In this document: positions 29,634 to 38,394 of the stretch, one piece after another
Numbering within the stretch: position 1 is the first letter of the stretch
Layout: each line of letters begins with the position of its first letter
DNA from: Candidatus Krumholzibacteriota bacterium
Lineage (GTDB): Bacteria; Krumholzibacteriota; Krumholzibacteriia; JAJRXK01
Assembly: GCA_963727455.1 (NCBI GenBank)
Contig: CAVSGG010000005.1
Coordinates: 66,081-130,080 of the forward strand
Length of the DNA: 64,000 bases
Direction: 5' to 3'
Notes under the pieces: model-generated
Seen by the model: the letters and a program-made list of their open reading frames with translations, nothing else
Told to the model about the DNA's origin: nothing
Database searches by the model: none
Translations under genes and position numbers: made by a program

Positions 29634-30746
29634 TCAGCGGGAGCCGAACTGCGCTTTCAATCGGCCGATTGTCGTCGTTTCGGAGGGCACGAGGTTCTCG
29701 AGGACCACGCTGGCGGCATCGTAGAGAATCACGACGAGATCGATCGGCGTTCCGTCATTCAGATTTCCGGTGAGGTGGTTTTCAGCCCCGAGTCCCTGGC
29801 TACCCTCGATCGAAAGATGATGTCCGGTCACCGTGAGCACAGAGCTTCCCCAGAGCACGATGTGGCCCTGGTAGTCGCCACCGGAGAGGAAGATCTTGGA
29901 GTTCTTGAAGGCCTCGATGCAGATGGGGGAAGCGCTCGAGGAAGTCCCGCCGATGAATTGACCTCCTTCGACGGCGACTTCCGCGTCTTCGTCCGTGCAG
30001 AGCGCGCGACCGCCCGCGGCGGAGCCGCTGGAAGCGCCCCCGGTGAAGCTGCCACCGGTGACGGTCAGCGAACCTCCACTCAAAAAGAGCGCGTCGCCCC
30101 CCGTGCTGGGGCCTCGTCCCCCCGCAAGAGTGCCTCCGGAGATCGTTCCCGTGCCGCCAGCGTACTTCAGGGCAACTCCACCCTTGCCGCTCGCCCCATC
30201 GCCGCCCTGGACCACGCCACCGCTCATTTGAAGGCTCCCCCATGCGTAGATTCCGAAGCAGCCATGGCGCAGGGTACCGCCCCCCACGATCGTCCCTCCC
30301 AGGATCCGGCAGACGTAGGCGGAGCTTCCACCGACAAAGAAGAGGGCGCTGGAGGTGTAGGTACTCGTGGAGTAGGCGGCGCGGATCTCCGCTCCCTCGT
30401 GAACTTCGACCTGACAGTAGGTGCTCGTCAGTCCTCCGGCTCCCAGCTCGCCGCCGGTGCCCTGAAGCAGGCCACCGCTGACCAGGATGGTCGATCCGCT
30501 AGCGCCGGTCACCGCAGTGCCGTTGAGCAGGGGCTGCACCTCGGCTCCCGCCATGATCTCCAGCGTGGTTCCGCTCTCGACGAAGATCTGTTCCTGCGCA
30601 TTGCCGTCGAGGAGGTGGGAGCCGCCGTCGGCGTAGATCACCGCGTGCGCGGTCTTGGATTGAGCGAGGAGGCATGTGCCGAACACGAGTACGGTGATTA
30701 GAACGGAGTATGCGTGGGAATCGACTGCATGCGTTCGGCGGAACAT
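29634..30746 (-). CDS. secreted Gly-rich beta-helix/passenger-like repeat protein ending in TIGRLKAQF-GSR
   Basis: Signal peptide VLITVLVFGTCLLAQSKTAHA. Repeated GGx(L/I)xxxGG coils, for example GGSLTVTGGSFTGGASSG and GGTISGGTLAGG. The tail motif is at 29646-29672. Confidence 0.7.
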   Translation of the reverse strand: MFRRTHAVDSHAYSVLITVLVFGTCLLAQSKTAHAVIYADGGSHLLDGNAQEQIFVESGTTLEIMAGAEVQPLLNGTAVTGASGSTILVSGGLLQGTGGELGAGGLTSTYCQVEVHEGAEIRAAYSTSTYTSSALFFVGGSSAYVCRILGGTIVGGGTLRHGCFGIYAWGSLQMSGGVVQGGDGASGKGGVALKYAGGTGTISGGTLAGGRGPSTGGDALFLSGGSLTVTGGSFTGGASSGSAAGGRALCTDEDAEVAVEGGQFIGGTSSSASPICIEAFKNSKIFLSGGDYQGHIVLWGSSVLTVTGHHLSIEGSQGLGAENHLTGNLNDGTPIDLVVILYDAASVVLENLVPSETTTIGRLKAQFGSR

Positions 30747-30994
30747 CAGGAGCCTCCTAGCTTGCGTCAGCCAGTACGACCAAGCGCAGTGTAATCCGAG
30801 AGGAGAGAGGAGGGAAGCGCCAAGGAATGGCAGAAACTGCTGGAAATCAAGAGCTCTGCCGCCTTAGACTTGAAGGGTCAGGAGAGCGGTCCCAAACTCG
30901 GCCCCGAATGGATCCTGCTGAACCGGGTCGCGCTCCGGCGCCGAATCAACGCCCTTGATTCCTGCCCATTACCAAAGCTAGCTGAGGAGCGTCC

Positions 30995-31498
30995 ATGAAG
31001 ACTCTGCGATATGTTCTTCTACCATTTATCATTCTTCTACTGTTCGCCGCACCGGCCCGGTCGCAGACGGTCGAATTTCCTTCCAGCTGGGAGGGAATCT
31101 GGGACTTCAACGTGACCGAGAAGGAATGCACCACGAGTGCCATTCTTGATAGTTATGCCGAGCGCGATACGTTCTGCGCGGGGTCAGCGATCAACGATCC
31201 AGGAGAAGTCTGTACCGGGTATATCAACGACACCGGAATCGATGTCGTCTGCGGACAGACCGCGGAGCCCTTCCCTGACTGTGGCTTGACGATCACTGTT
31301 ACCATTGAAGGATCGAGGAACGGGAATTCGATCGCGGGTACGACCACCACGACTTTCGAATACACTCCGAACTGCGGACTTCCCGATACCTGTACGAAAG
31401 AGGAACTCCAGGGGACTTTCGTTTCGACCAATCCGGACCTCTGCCCAAGTGTGGCAGTGGGGGACAAGAGCTGGGGGGCCTGGAAAGCGCGTTATTGA
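30995..31498 (+). CDS. small secreted Cys-rich protein ending in SWGAWKARY
   Basis: A GAGGAG RBS and signal peptide VLLPFIILLLFAAPARS. The mature part has 9 Cys. The tail motif is at 31469-31495. Confidence 0.7.
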   Translation: MKTLRYVLLPFIILLLFAAPARSQTVEFPSSWEGIWDFNVTEKECTTSAILDSYAERDTFCAGSAINDPGEVCTGYINDTGIDVVCGQTAEPFPDCGLTITVTIEGSRNGNSIAGTTTTTFEYTPNCGLPDTCTKEELQGTFVSTNPDLCPSVAVGDKSWGAWKARY

Positions 31499-31541
31499 GG
31501 GCTTTTTAAGCCGCAGAATCGCATCTTCACGTCCTCTTCAC

Positions 31542-31570
31542 TTGAAAATTCTGCCCAAAGGGTGTGTAAT
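31542..31570 (+). promoter_or_regulatory. promoter candidate TTGAAA-N17-TGTAAT
   Basis: Hexamers at 31542-31547 and 31565-31570, about 110 nt upstream of ATG 31678. Confidence 0.25.
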
Positions 31571-31677
31571 CAAAGTTGAACAGGCTCATTGGCCCCAGCC
31601 GGGAGGTTTCTCCGGGTCGCCGTTTGAGTCTGCTACCCTTCGTTTTTCTTCGAAGAGACAACATGGGAGCTGACACA

Positions 31678-32403
31678 ATGAAGCGTATGCTAACGATTTC
31701 CCTCTTCACCGCGATGGCCATTCTGGCCATGGCGAGTCTCGCATTCGGGCAGACCTGCCAGGATCTCCATGACTCCGCGAACGGCTGTGGGCCGTCCTCC
31801 TTTGACACACAGACTGTCACCGTGACAGGTGTCGTGTACGTGGAGAATGGGGTCTACAATGGTGGCTCCGTCTACATTCAGTGCCCCGGTGGCTCCGGCG
31901 GCATCACCATCTTTGACTATGACCTGGCTGGCGTCGTCTCCAACGGCGATGAGATCTCCGTCACGGGAGTCGTGGACGACTACAACGGCGAGATCGAGAT
32001 CATCGGCAATTATGGGGCGGATCCGGCGTCAGTTACGATCAACAGCAACGGCAACCCCGTAGCTGCGACTGCCATCGGAACGGCAGATCTGGCTGACGGC
32101 ACCAACCTTTTCGGAGACTACTTGGAGGTCACCGGAACTCTGGCGCTGGTGAGCTCGGGCTTCAACTCCACCTACACGGTGGATGACGGCAGCGGTCCAG
32201 TGACGGTATATGTCGACGGTACGACGGGCATCGACACCGCGGGCCACGTGGACAATTTCCTGGGCGACATCGTCACCGTCCGTGGCGCGTCGAAGTGCTA
32301 CAACGGCTCGGGCGAACTCCTGCCGCGCAACGATGCCGACGTGATCCTGACCGCAGTTCCCGCTCCAAGCGTGAGCTGGGGTTCGATGAAGGCGCAGTAC
32401 TAA
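31678..32403 (+). CDS. secreted protein with two OB-fold-like repeats, ending in SWGSMKAQY
   Basis: Signal peptide MLTISLFTAMAILAMASLAFG. The two similar halves are VTVTGVVYVENG...EISVTGVVDDYNGEIEI and YLEVTGTLALVSS...IVTVRGASKCYNGSGEL. The tail motif is at 32374-32400. Confidence 0.65.
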   Translation: MKRMLTISLFTAMAILAMASLAFGQTCQDLHDSANGCGPSSFDTQTVTVTGVVYVENGVYNGGSVYIQCPGGSGGITIFDYDLAGVVSNGDEISVTGVVDDYNGEIEIIGNYGADPASVTINSNGNPVAATAIGTADLADGTNLFGDYLEVTGTLALVSSGFNSTYTVDDGSGPVTVYVDGTTGIDTAGHVDNFLGDIVTVRGASKCYNGSGELLPRNDADVILTAVPAPSVSWGSMKAQY

Positions 32404-32435
32404 TCGCCCTTCGCGAATCGCGAGCGAAGCAAGTC

Positions 32436-32465
32436 GGGGACGCCTATGGCGCCCCCGATTTTTTT
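32436..32465 (+). terminator. rho-independent terminator
   Basis: GGGGACGCC-tat-GGCGCCCCC (one mismatch) followed by GATTTTTTT. It lies between convergent genes. Confidence 0.6.
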
Positions 32466-32499
32466 GGTGGTGTGCACCGAGCGAGTCACGAAGGCGAAC

Positions 32500-32940
32500 T
32501 CAGGGTCGTTGTGGCGTAACGAGACTGTCCGCCTCGGCTGTTCCTGCCTGAATCGACTCGATCTTTTCCTCCAACCGCCTGCGGTCGGCGACTTGCTCGT
32601 CGATGGTTCCCTCGATGACCGTCGCCAGGCCGATCGAGCCCAGGAGCACTGATCCCAGCGTGGGGAAATCCTCTTCGCGGAGTTCGGCAATGAGCGGAGT
32701 GAGCATGCTTCCGATGAGCAGGAACGCTCCTACCAGGAGTTGGGTGTCCGCTTGGTGACGGGCCTCCGAGAAGCTGAGCTGATGGGCCTGTGCCACCGCG
32801 TGCAAGCGCGCGATCCGCGCCGCTTCCGAGCTGGGTAATGCCTCGTCGCTTGCTCCGAGAACGGGTTTGGGCAGACACTGCCACAATAGAAGCGCCAGGA
32901 GGGAGCAGGCTGCGAGTTTTCTCATTCGCGACATCTTCAC
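32500..32940 (-). CDS. hypothetical exported or membrane protein
   Basis: Signal-like N-terminus KLAACSLLALLLWQC plus an internal hydrophobic segment LLVGAFLLIGSMLTPLI. I recognise no family. Confidence 0.4.
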   Translation of the reverse strand: MKMSRMRKLAACSLLALLLWQCLPKPVLGASDEALPSSEAARIARLHAVAQAHQLSFSEARHQADTQLLVGAFLLIGSMLTPLIAELREEDFPTLGSVLLGSIGLATVIEGTIDEQVADRRRLEEKIESIQAGTAEADSLVTPQRP

Positions 32941-32978
32941 GACCTCGATGGTACTTGCGGCACAGTTCTAGGCATCAC

Positions 32979-33009
32979 TTGACAGTAGGGGATCGCGAAG
33001 CCTTAATAA
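32979..33009 (+). promoter_or_regulatory. weak promoter candidate (TTGACA-N18/19-TTAATA/TAATAA)
   Basis: TTGACA lies at 32979-32984 and an AT-rich -10-like hexamer at 33003-33009, upstream of ATG 33082. Confidence 0.2.
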
Positions 33010-33081
33010 AGTGCGAAGTACGCGTTGTCTTTGCCCCGAAATCCAGGGTTTTTCCCCTTCGCACCATCCAGGAGGCCAGGA

Positions 33082-34857
33082 ATGTCCCGCGTGGATCCAC
33101 ATTCGTACACTGACATCGACCAGGGCCGTGTTCGTTCGATCGCGATCGATTGGGTTGTCGATTTTTCCGCGCGCCGGCTGCGCGGGGAGGTCACCCTGAA
33201 TCTCGAGGGAACCAAGGGCGGCGTTCTCGATCTGGACACGCGCGAGCTGGAGATCGAGAGCGTGAGAGGCCCCAAAGGAGAGACACTGGGCTGGGAGCTG
33301 GGCGAACGCGAGTCCTTCATGGGTCAATGCTTGCGCATTCAGCTCCCCGAAGGCAGTGATTCGGTCACCATAGCCTATCGGACCTCCCAGGAGGCCAGCG
33401 CCCTGCAGTGGCTGCAGCCGGCAAATACGGCAGGCAAAGTGCATCCGTACCTCTTTAGCCAGTGCCAACCGCACCACGCTCGCAGCATGCTGCCCCTGCA
33501 GGACAGCGCCAGCGTGCGCTTCAGCTATCAGGCGAAAGTCGACGTCCCGGAGGCCCTGGTGGCGGTCATGTCGGCCGCACCGGGCGAGAGCTCGCAGGGG
33601 GACAAGGGTCGCAAGGTCTATCACTTCGAGATGCCGCAGCCGATTCCCGGGTATCTTCTGGCCCTTGCCGTCGGCAACCTCGCCAGCCGCGATCTGGGCC
33701 CGCGCTCGCGCGTCTATACCGAGCCCGAGATGCTCGACGCCGCGGCCTGGGAGTTTCAGAGTGTCGACTCCATGCTGCAGAAGGCCGAGGCGCTCTTCGG
33801 GCCCTATCGCTGGGAGCGCTACGATTTTTTGGTGATGCCTCCAGCCTTTCCCTACGGGGGAATGGAGAACCCTCGCTTGACCTTCCTGACGCCCTCGCTA
33901 CTGGCGGGTGATCGCAGTCTGGTGAACGTGCTGGCGCACGAACTGGCCCACTCCTGGACCGGCAATCTCATCACCAACGCCACCATGAACGACTTTTGGC
34001 TCAACGAGGGTTTCACGGTGTGGGCCGAGCGACGCATTCTGGAAGCGCTGGAAGGAGAGGAGGCGGTGTCCCTCTCGGCGGCGATCGGCCGGGCCGATCT
34101 GGATGAAGCGATCGAAGACTTCGGCAAGAACTCACCGTTGACGCGCCTCAAGAACGACTTGGCTGGAGTCGATCCCGACGAGATCTACAGCGTGGTGCCC
34201 TACGAAAAGGGCTGCCTCTTCGTGCAGTTACTCGAGCGCACGGTGGGACGAAAGAAGTGGGATTCCTTCATGCGCAAGTACATGGACCGCTTCGAATTCA
34301 CCAGCATCACCACCGAGGACTTCCTGGCCTTCCTGGAAGAGCAATTACCCGGGACGGCGGAAAGGTGAATGCGAAGCAGTGGATCTACGAGCCAAACGTG
34401 CCCGCCAACGAGCCTCCGTTTCAATCTCCGCGGCGCGAGGAGTTGCAGCGACTGGGTAAGGTCTTCACCAAGGGCGAGCGCCCCGATCCGACGAAGGCCA
34501 AGAAATGGCGGGTCGACGAGTGGCTGGTGTGGTTTGCGGCGCTGCCCACCAAGCTCTCCAAGGAAGATTGCGATTGGCTGGAAAAGAGCTTCTCTCTTCA
34601 ACGAGAGTGGCAATGCCGAGATCCTGAACAAGTGGCTAGCGATCGCCGCTAGCTCATCCTACGAACCCAGCTACGAAAAATTGCGCGATTTCCTGGGGAC
34701 CTTTGGGCGCATGAAATATCTCAAGCCTCTGTACAAGGCCATGTACGAGAATCCGGATACGCGTGAACTCGCACTCTCGATCTACCAGCAACACAAGGAT
34801 CTGTATCATCCCATCGCGCGCGCCGGGCTGGAGAGCATCCTGAAGCTGAACAAATAA
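33082..34857 (+). pseudogene. M1-family aminopeptidase (leukotriene A4 hydrolase-like) interrupted by two compensating frameshifts
   Basis: GGMENP, HELAHSWTGN and WLNEGFTVW lie in frame 1 up to TGA 34366-34368. The LTA4H-like C-terminal domain continues in frame 3 (GKVNAKQWIYEPNVPA...DWLEKSFSL). It returns to frame 1 near 34590-34605 (NESGNAEILNKWL...GRMKYLKPLYKAMY). Confidence 0.75.
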
Positions 34858-34905
34858 GTGACTGCACTGCGCGCGTAGAACTGCGAGGCGAGCGGGAGGA
34901 AACGA

Positions 34906-36279
34906 GTGAAGACCATCATCGAGCCGTTCAAGATCAAGTCGGTTGAACCCATCCGCATGACCACCAGGGAAGAAAGGGAGAAGATCCTGGCCGAGGCCGG
35001 CTGGAATCCTTTCTTGGTGCATGCCGATGACGTCCTGATCGATTTGCTCACCGACAGCGGGACTTCCGCCATGAGCGCGAAACAGTGGGCCGGCGTGATG
35101 CAAGGAGATGAAGCATACGCCTGCAGTCGCTCCTTTTACCGTTTCGAGAAGACGGTGCAGGACATTATGGGATTCAAGTTCGTGATTCCCACCCACCAAG
35201 GGCGCGCGGCCGAGCGTATTCTCTTCAGCATTCTCTGCGACGAAAACTCGGTGGTGCCCAACAATACGCACTTCGATACCACGCGCGCGAACATCGAGTT
35301 TCGCGGGGCGAAGGCGATCGACGTGGTCATCGACGAAGCGCACGTGCCCAGCGAGATGCATCCCTTCAAGGGCAACCTCGATCTCGAGAAGCTGCGGGGT
35401 GTCATTAAGAAGTACGGCAGGGAGCGTGTTCCCGCCGTGATGATCACGGTGACGAACAACTCCGGCGGAGGGCAGCCGGTGAGCATGGCCAACATCAAGG
35501 CGGTGCGCGAGGTCTGCGACGAGTACAGTTTGCCGCTGTACTTCGACGCCTGTCGTTTTGCGGAGAACGCTTACTTCATCAAGTTGCGCGAAAAGGGCTA
35601 TGCCGAAAAGTCGGTGAAGGAGATCGCCCAGGAGATGTTCTCCTACGCCGACGGTTGCACCATGAGCGCCAAGAAGGACGCGTTGGTGAACATCGGCGGC
35701 TTTCTCTGCACCAACGACGACCTCCTGGCGCGCCAGGAACGCGATCTCTTGATTCTCACCGAGGGCTTTCCCACCTACGGTGGGCTGGCGGGGCGCGACC
35801 TGGAGGCGATGGCGCAGGGACTGGAAGAGGTGCTCGAGGAGGACTATCTACAGTACCGCATTGCGAGCACGCGCTACCTGGGGGAACGCATCTCGGAGGC
35901 CGGAGTTCCCATCGTGCAGCCTCCGGGCGGTCACGCCATCTACATCGACGCCAAGGGTATGCTGCCGCACCTGGAGCCCCTGCAGTATCCCGGTCAAGCT
36001 TTAACTTGCGAACTGTATTTGGAGGGTGGTATCCGCGCGGTGGAAATCGGCTCGGTCATGTTCGCGTCCAAGGACGAGAAGACCGGCGAGGAGATTCCCG
36101 CGCCGATGGAGCTGGTGCGCCTGGCCATTCCGCGCCGGGTGTACACCCAAAGCCACATCGACTACGTGATCGAGGTCATTCTCGCCCTCAATGAGAGGCG
36201 CGATTCCATCCGCGGCATGCGCATCGTGGAGCAGGCGCCCTACCTGCGCCACTTCAGCGCCAAGTTCGAGTGGCTGTAA
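34906..36279 (+). CDS. beta-eliminating lyase, tyrosine phenol-lyase/tryptophanase family
   Basis: EPFKIKSVEP, IDLLTDSGTSAMSAKQWAGVMQGDEAY, IPTHQGRAAE and PLP-lysine context SAKKDALVNIGGFLCTND. The last motif resembles the TPL pattern I recall more than the TnaA one. GTG start. Confidence 0.85.
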   Translation: MKTIIEPFKIKSVEPIRMTTREEREKILAEAGWNPFLVHADDVLIDLLTDSGTSAMSAKQWAGVMQGDEAYACSRSFYRFEKTVQDIMGFKFVIPTHQGRAAERILFSILCDENSVVPNNTHFDTTRANIEFRGAKAIDVVIDEAHVPSEMHPFKGNLDLEKLRGVIKKYGRERVPAVMITVTNNSGGGQPVSMANIKAVREVCDEYSLPLYFDACRFAENAYFIKLREKGYAEKSVKEIAQEMFSYADGCTMSAKKDALVNIGGFLCTNDDLLARQERDLLILTEGFPTYGGLAGRDLEAMAQGLEEVLEEDYLQYRIASTRYLGERISEAGVPIVQPPGGHAIYIDAKGMLPHLEPLQYPGQALTCELYLEGGIRAVEIGSVMFASKDEKTGEEIPAPMELVRLAIPRRVYTQSHIDYVIEVILALNERRDSIRGMRIVEQAPYLRHFSAKFEWL

Positions 36280-36300
36280 AGGAGCTTAGCGCGGGCCGAA

Positions 36301-36327
36301 GTATACCCGGGTAGACAATTCGCGGGG
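36301..36327 (+). repeat. copy A of the GTRTACCCGGGTAGAC(AATT) element
   Basis: GTATACCCGGGTAGACAATTCGCGGGG read directly. It lies just downstream of the 36376-37056 gene. Confidence 0.7.
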
Positions 36328-36375
36328 AAACGATTCTGCAGTTTCCGTGCCCGGCGCGCGCGCTTCGCTCGAGAC

Positions 36376-37056
36376 CTAGTACCAGGACTTCAACATCCCC
36401 ATCGTACTCTCGGGAACTGGGTCGGGGTAAAAGATCCCTACCTCCTTCCCGCCGTCCGCGATGGTCCACCGGTGGAGGCGCACATCGCTCGAGGAGCATA
36501 CGAAGTAGCCAACAGTCCCCGAGATGAGATCGTTGGTGGTTAGCCGGACGAAGAAAAAGAATCCGGGTGAATTCGCGACAACGACATCGAAGCTGCCGAG
36601 CACGAACAAGCCAACTGAAGAGATACAATCCGGTGGTTCGACTTCAAACTTCACCTGTTGCGTTCCGTCAGGTCCAGTTACACCGGGACTGAATGCGTAG
36701 TTTGTACCCTCTGGAAAGTGAGGGACGATCAGGCTGTAGCCTGAGATCTCCAAGCCCAAGTTGAACCTCTCTACGTCCGCGGAGAGATCTTTGGCCACGA
36801 CGTAGGCGGTGAAACCATCACGACCGTAGTCGTCTTGCCAGTAGTATTCCTGGCCACAGTCTTGGCCCGGACCGCAGGGTGAAATGTAATTCGCGGTTCC
36901 TTCGGGATTGAGATAGATCCCGATCTCGCCCGAGGCAGGTTGAGCGCGCGCGGGAAGCGAGGTCGTGAGGGAGAAAGTGAGAATGAGGGAGAAAACGAGA
37001 ACGACGGGAAGTGCAAGAAGGGCAAGGCGGCGCACTCGCGGGGAGGAAATGTCCAT
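36376..37056 (-). CDS. secreted hypothetical protein ending in TMGMLKSWY
   Basis: Signal peptide LALLALPVVLVFSLILTFSLTTSLPARA. The tail motif is at 36379-36405. G+C is lower than the surroundings. Confidence 0.65.
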   Translation of the reverse strand: MDISSPRVRRLALLALPVVLVFSLILTFSLTTSLPARAQPASGEIGIYLNPEGTANYISPCGPGQDCGQEYYWQDDYGRDGFTAYVVAKDLSADVERFNLGLEISGYSLIVPHFPEGTNYAFSPGVTGPDGTQQVKFEVEPPDCISSVGLFVLGSFDVVVANSPGFFFFVRLTTNDLISGTVGYFVCSSSDVRLHRWTIADGGKEVGIFYPDPVPESTMGMLKSWY

Positions 37057-37156
37057 GACAGGAACTCCTGCGCTGGAGTCTCAAAGGGAGCCTGCTCGAA
37101 TCGAGTGTAGCACCACGCACCCACCCGCTACCAGGCGAATGTACGCAAGCTGAGTT

Positions 37157-37183
37157 GTGTACCCGGGTAGACAATTGCGCGGG
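37157..37183 (+). repeat. copy B of the GTRTACCCGGGTAGAC(AATT) element
   Basis: GTGTACCCGGGTAGACAATTGCGCGGG. It is in direct orientation relative to copy A, on the other side of the gene. Confidence 0.7.
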
Positions 37184-37214
37184 ACACGCGCGACGCGCGC
37201 GCTCCCGGACAGGA

Positions 37215-37232
37215 TTTATAGCCGGCTATAAA
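37215..37232. promoter_or_regulatory. 18-bp perfect palindrome TTTATAGCCGGCTATAAA (candidate operator)
   Basis: Read directly. It is an AT-rich palindrome in the 450-bp divergent intergenic region, between repeat copies B and C. Confidence 0.4.
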
Positions 37233-37253
37233 ATTAGATTCGCTGGTTCTCGA

Positions 37254-37269
37254 GTCTACCCGGGTACAC
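37254..37269 (-). repeat. copy C (inverted) of the GTGTACCCGGGTAGAC element
   Basis: The plus strand reads GTCTACCCGGGTACAC, the exact reverse complement of the 16-nt core of copy B. Confidence 0.7.
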
Positions 37270-37506
37270 TCGCGAAGTTCCTCCGAACGCCCCTTCGATG
37301 TCCTGGGATGACGTGGACTGTCCCGGAATCGGGGCAACTGCCAGCTTCTGACCATCGAGTGCAATCGTTCACGAGCTTGCCTCAGGCTTCTCTCCCGCGC
37401 TGAGAGCAGATTTTAAGCCTGTTTCAAAGCTTGAAGCGCAGCTCGTAGCGTGCGGCATCCCTCATGCTAGCTCGCCACAGGATCGCCTCCGCAGGAGATC
37501 CTGCGC

Positions 37507-38133
37507 ATGTCTCGTGTCGTTGCTCTCGCCTGCCTTCTCGTGTTCTCGTGTTTGACCGCTTGTGGCAGGGAGCCCTCGAAAGAGCTGCTTGCCGCTCCCC
37601 CCGAGAGTGTCCGAAGCGCGACGGATTCACTGATGGGCATGGATCCGGGGGAGACACTTCCCGCGGATCGCCGTAGGGCGCTCTCCGCGGATCCCGAGCT
37701 GGAGGAGTTCCTCTGGCGCGCGCAGTTTCTGTTGCGGCGGCTCTCTGTCCATCCGCCCACGCCCGAGGAGATGCAGCGAGCGGTGCGCGCGGGGCCAGCG
37801 GGCTTCGCCGATCTTGCGGGGATCTCACCTGCCGAACTCAGCGCGCGCATGGATACCTTGCGCTGGCAAGGGGTAGTTCTTTTGCAGCGTTACTCTGCGC
37901 TAGCGGCCTGCCTTGAAGAGGTCGAACGCGAGGAGGGGCCTCCCTCTGATCCGAGCGATGCAGTTGGATTGGTACAGGAGCTGAGATCGCAGGCCAAGAG
38001 ACGCGGACAGCCGCGTCTGAACCGCGAAGATCTGCCCTATGTCGCTTCCCTCATCCTGAGCGCCGCCACTGGTAATCCAGTTCTCTATTTCATTGGTTCG
38101 GCGCTGGCCACGTGCACTTGGAGACGCGGCTGA
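37507..38133 (+). CDS. hypothetical lipoprotein
   Basis: MSRVVALACLLVFSCLTACG has a lipobox LTAC. I recognise no family. Confidence 0.55.
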   Translation: MSRVVALACLLVFSCLTACGREPSKELLAAPPESVRSATDSLMGMDPGETLPADRRRALSADPELEEFLWRAQFLLRRLSVHPPTPEEMQRAVRAGPAGFADLAGISPAELSARMDTLRWQGVVLLQRYSALAACLEEVEREEGPPSDPSDAVGLVQELRSQAKRRGQPRLNREDLPYVASLILSAATGNPVLYFIGSALATCTWRRG

Positions 38134-38173
38134 GGCCACAAACCTCCGAGAAACTGGACTTGAAATTTCCTTC

Positions 38174-38204
38174 TTGACATAATCTATGGGGGGGGGGGTA
38201 CATT
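38174..38204 (+). promoter_or_regulatory. promoter candidate TTGACA-N19-TACATT whose spacer contains a G11 homopolymer
   Basis: TTGACA at 38174-38179, G run at 38188-38198 (11 G counted) and TACATT at 38199-38204, about 190 nt upstream of ATG 38395. Confidence 0.35.
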
Positions 38205-38394
38205 GATCCTGTTTCACGGGGACTAAACCCGGCAATGAATTGGAATTTGCAGCGCGGCTCCTACCTTTGCGCTGCGGCTGCTTTGAGCAGCCCATGAATG
38301 ATCAGAGTGGGACCAATGTCCACGGGCAGGAATAACCTCGTCACTGATTTTGCCTGCGCGCCGTACTCGGACCGTGAAACGACTGGAGATTGCA

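Noticed and set aside
29616-30701. 361-aa plus-strand ORF.
   Set aside because: It is antisense to the signal-peptide-bearing Gly-rich beta-helix gene that ends in the shared tail motif. It has no RBS or signal of its own.
34357-34368. Programmed ribosomal frameshift in the M1 aminopeptidase.
   Set aside because: There is no slippery heptamer or obvious downstream stimulatory structure at either junction. Two opposite shifts are needed, so indels (real or technical) are the simpler explanation.
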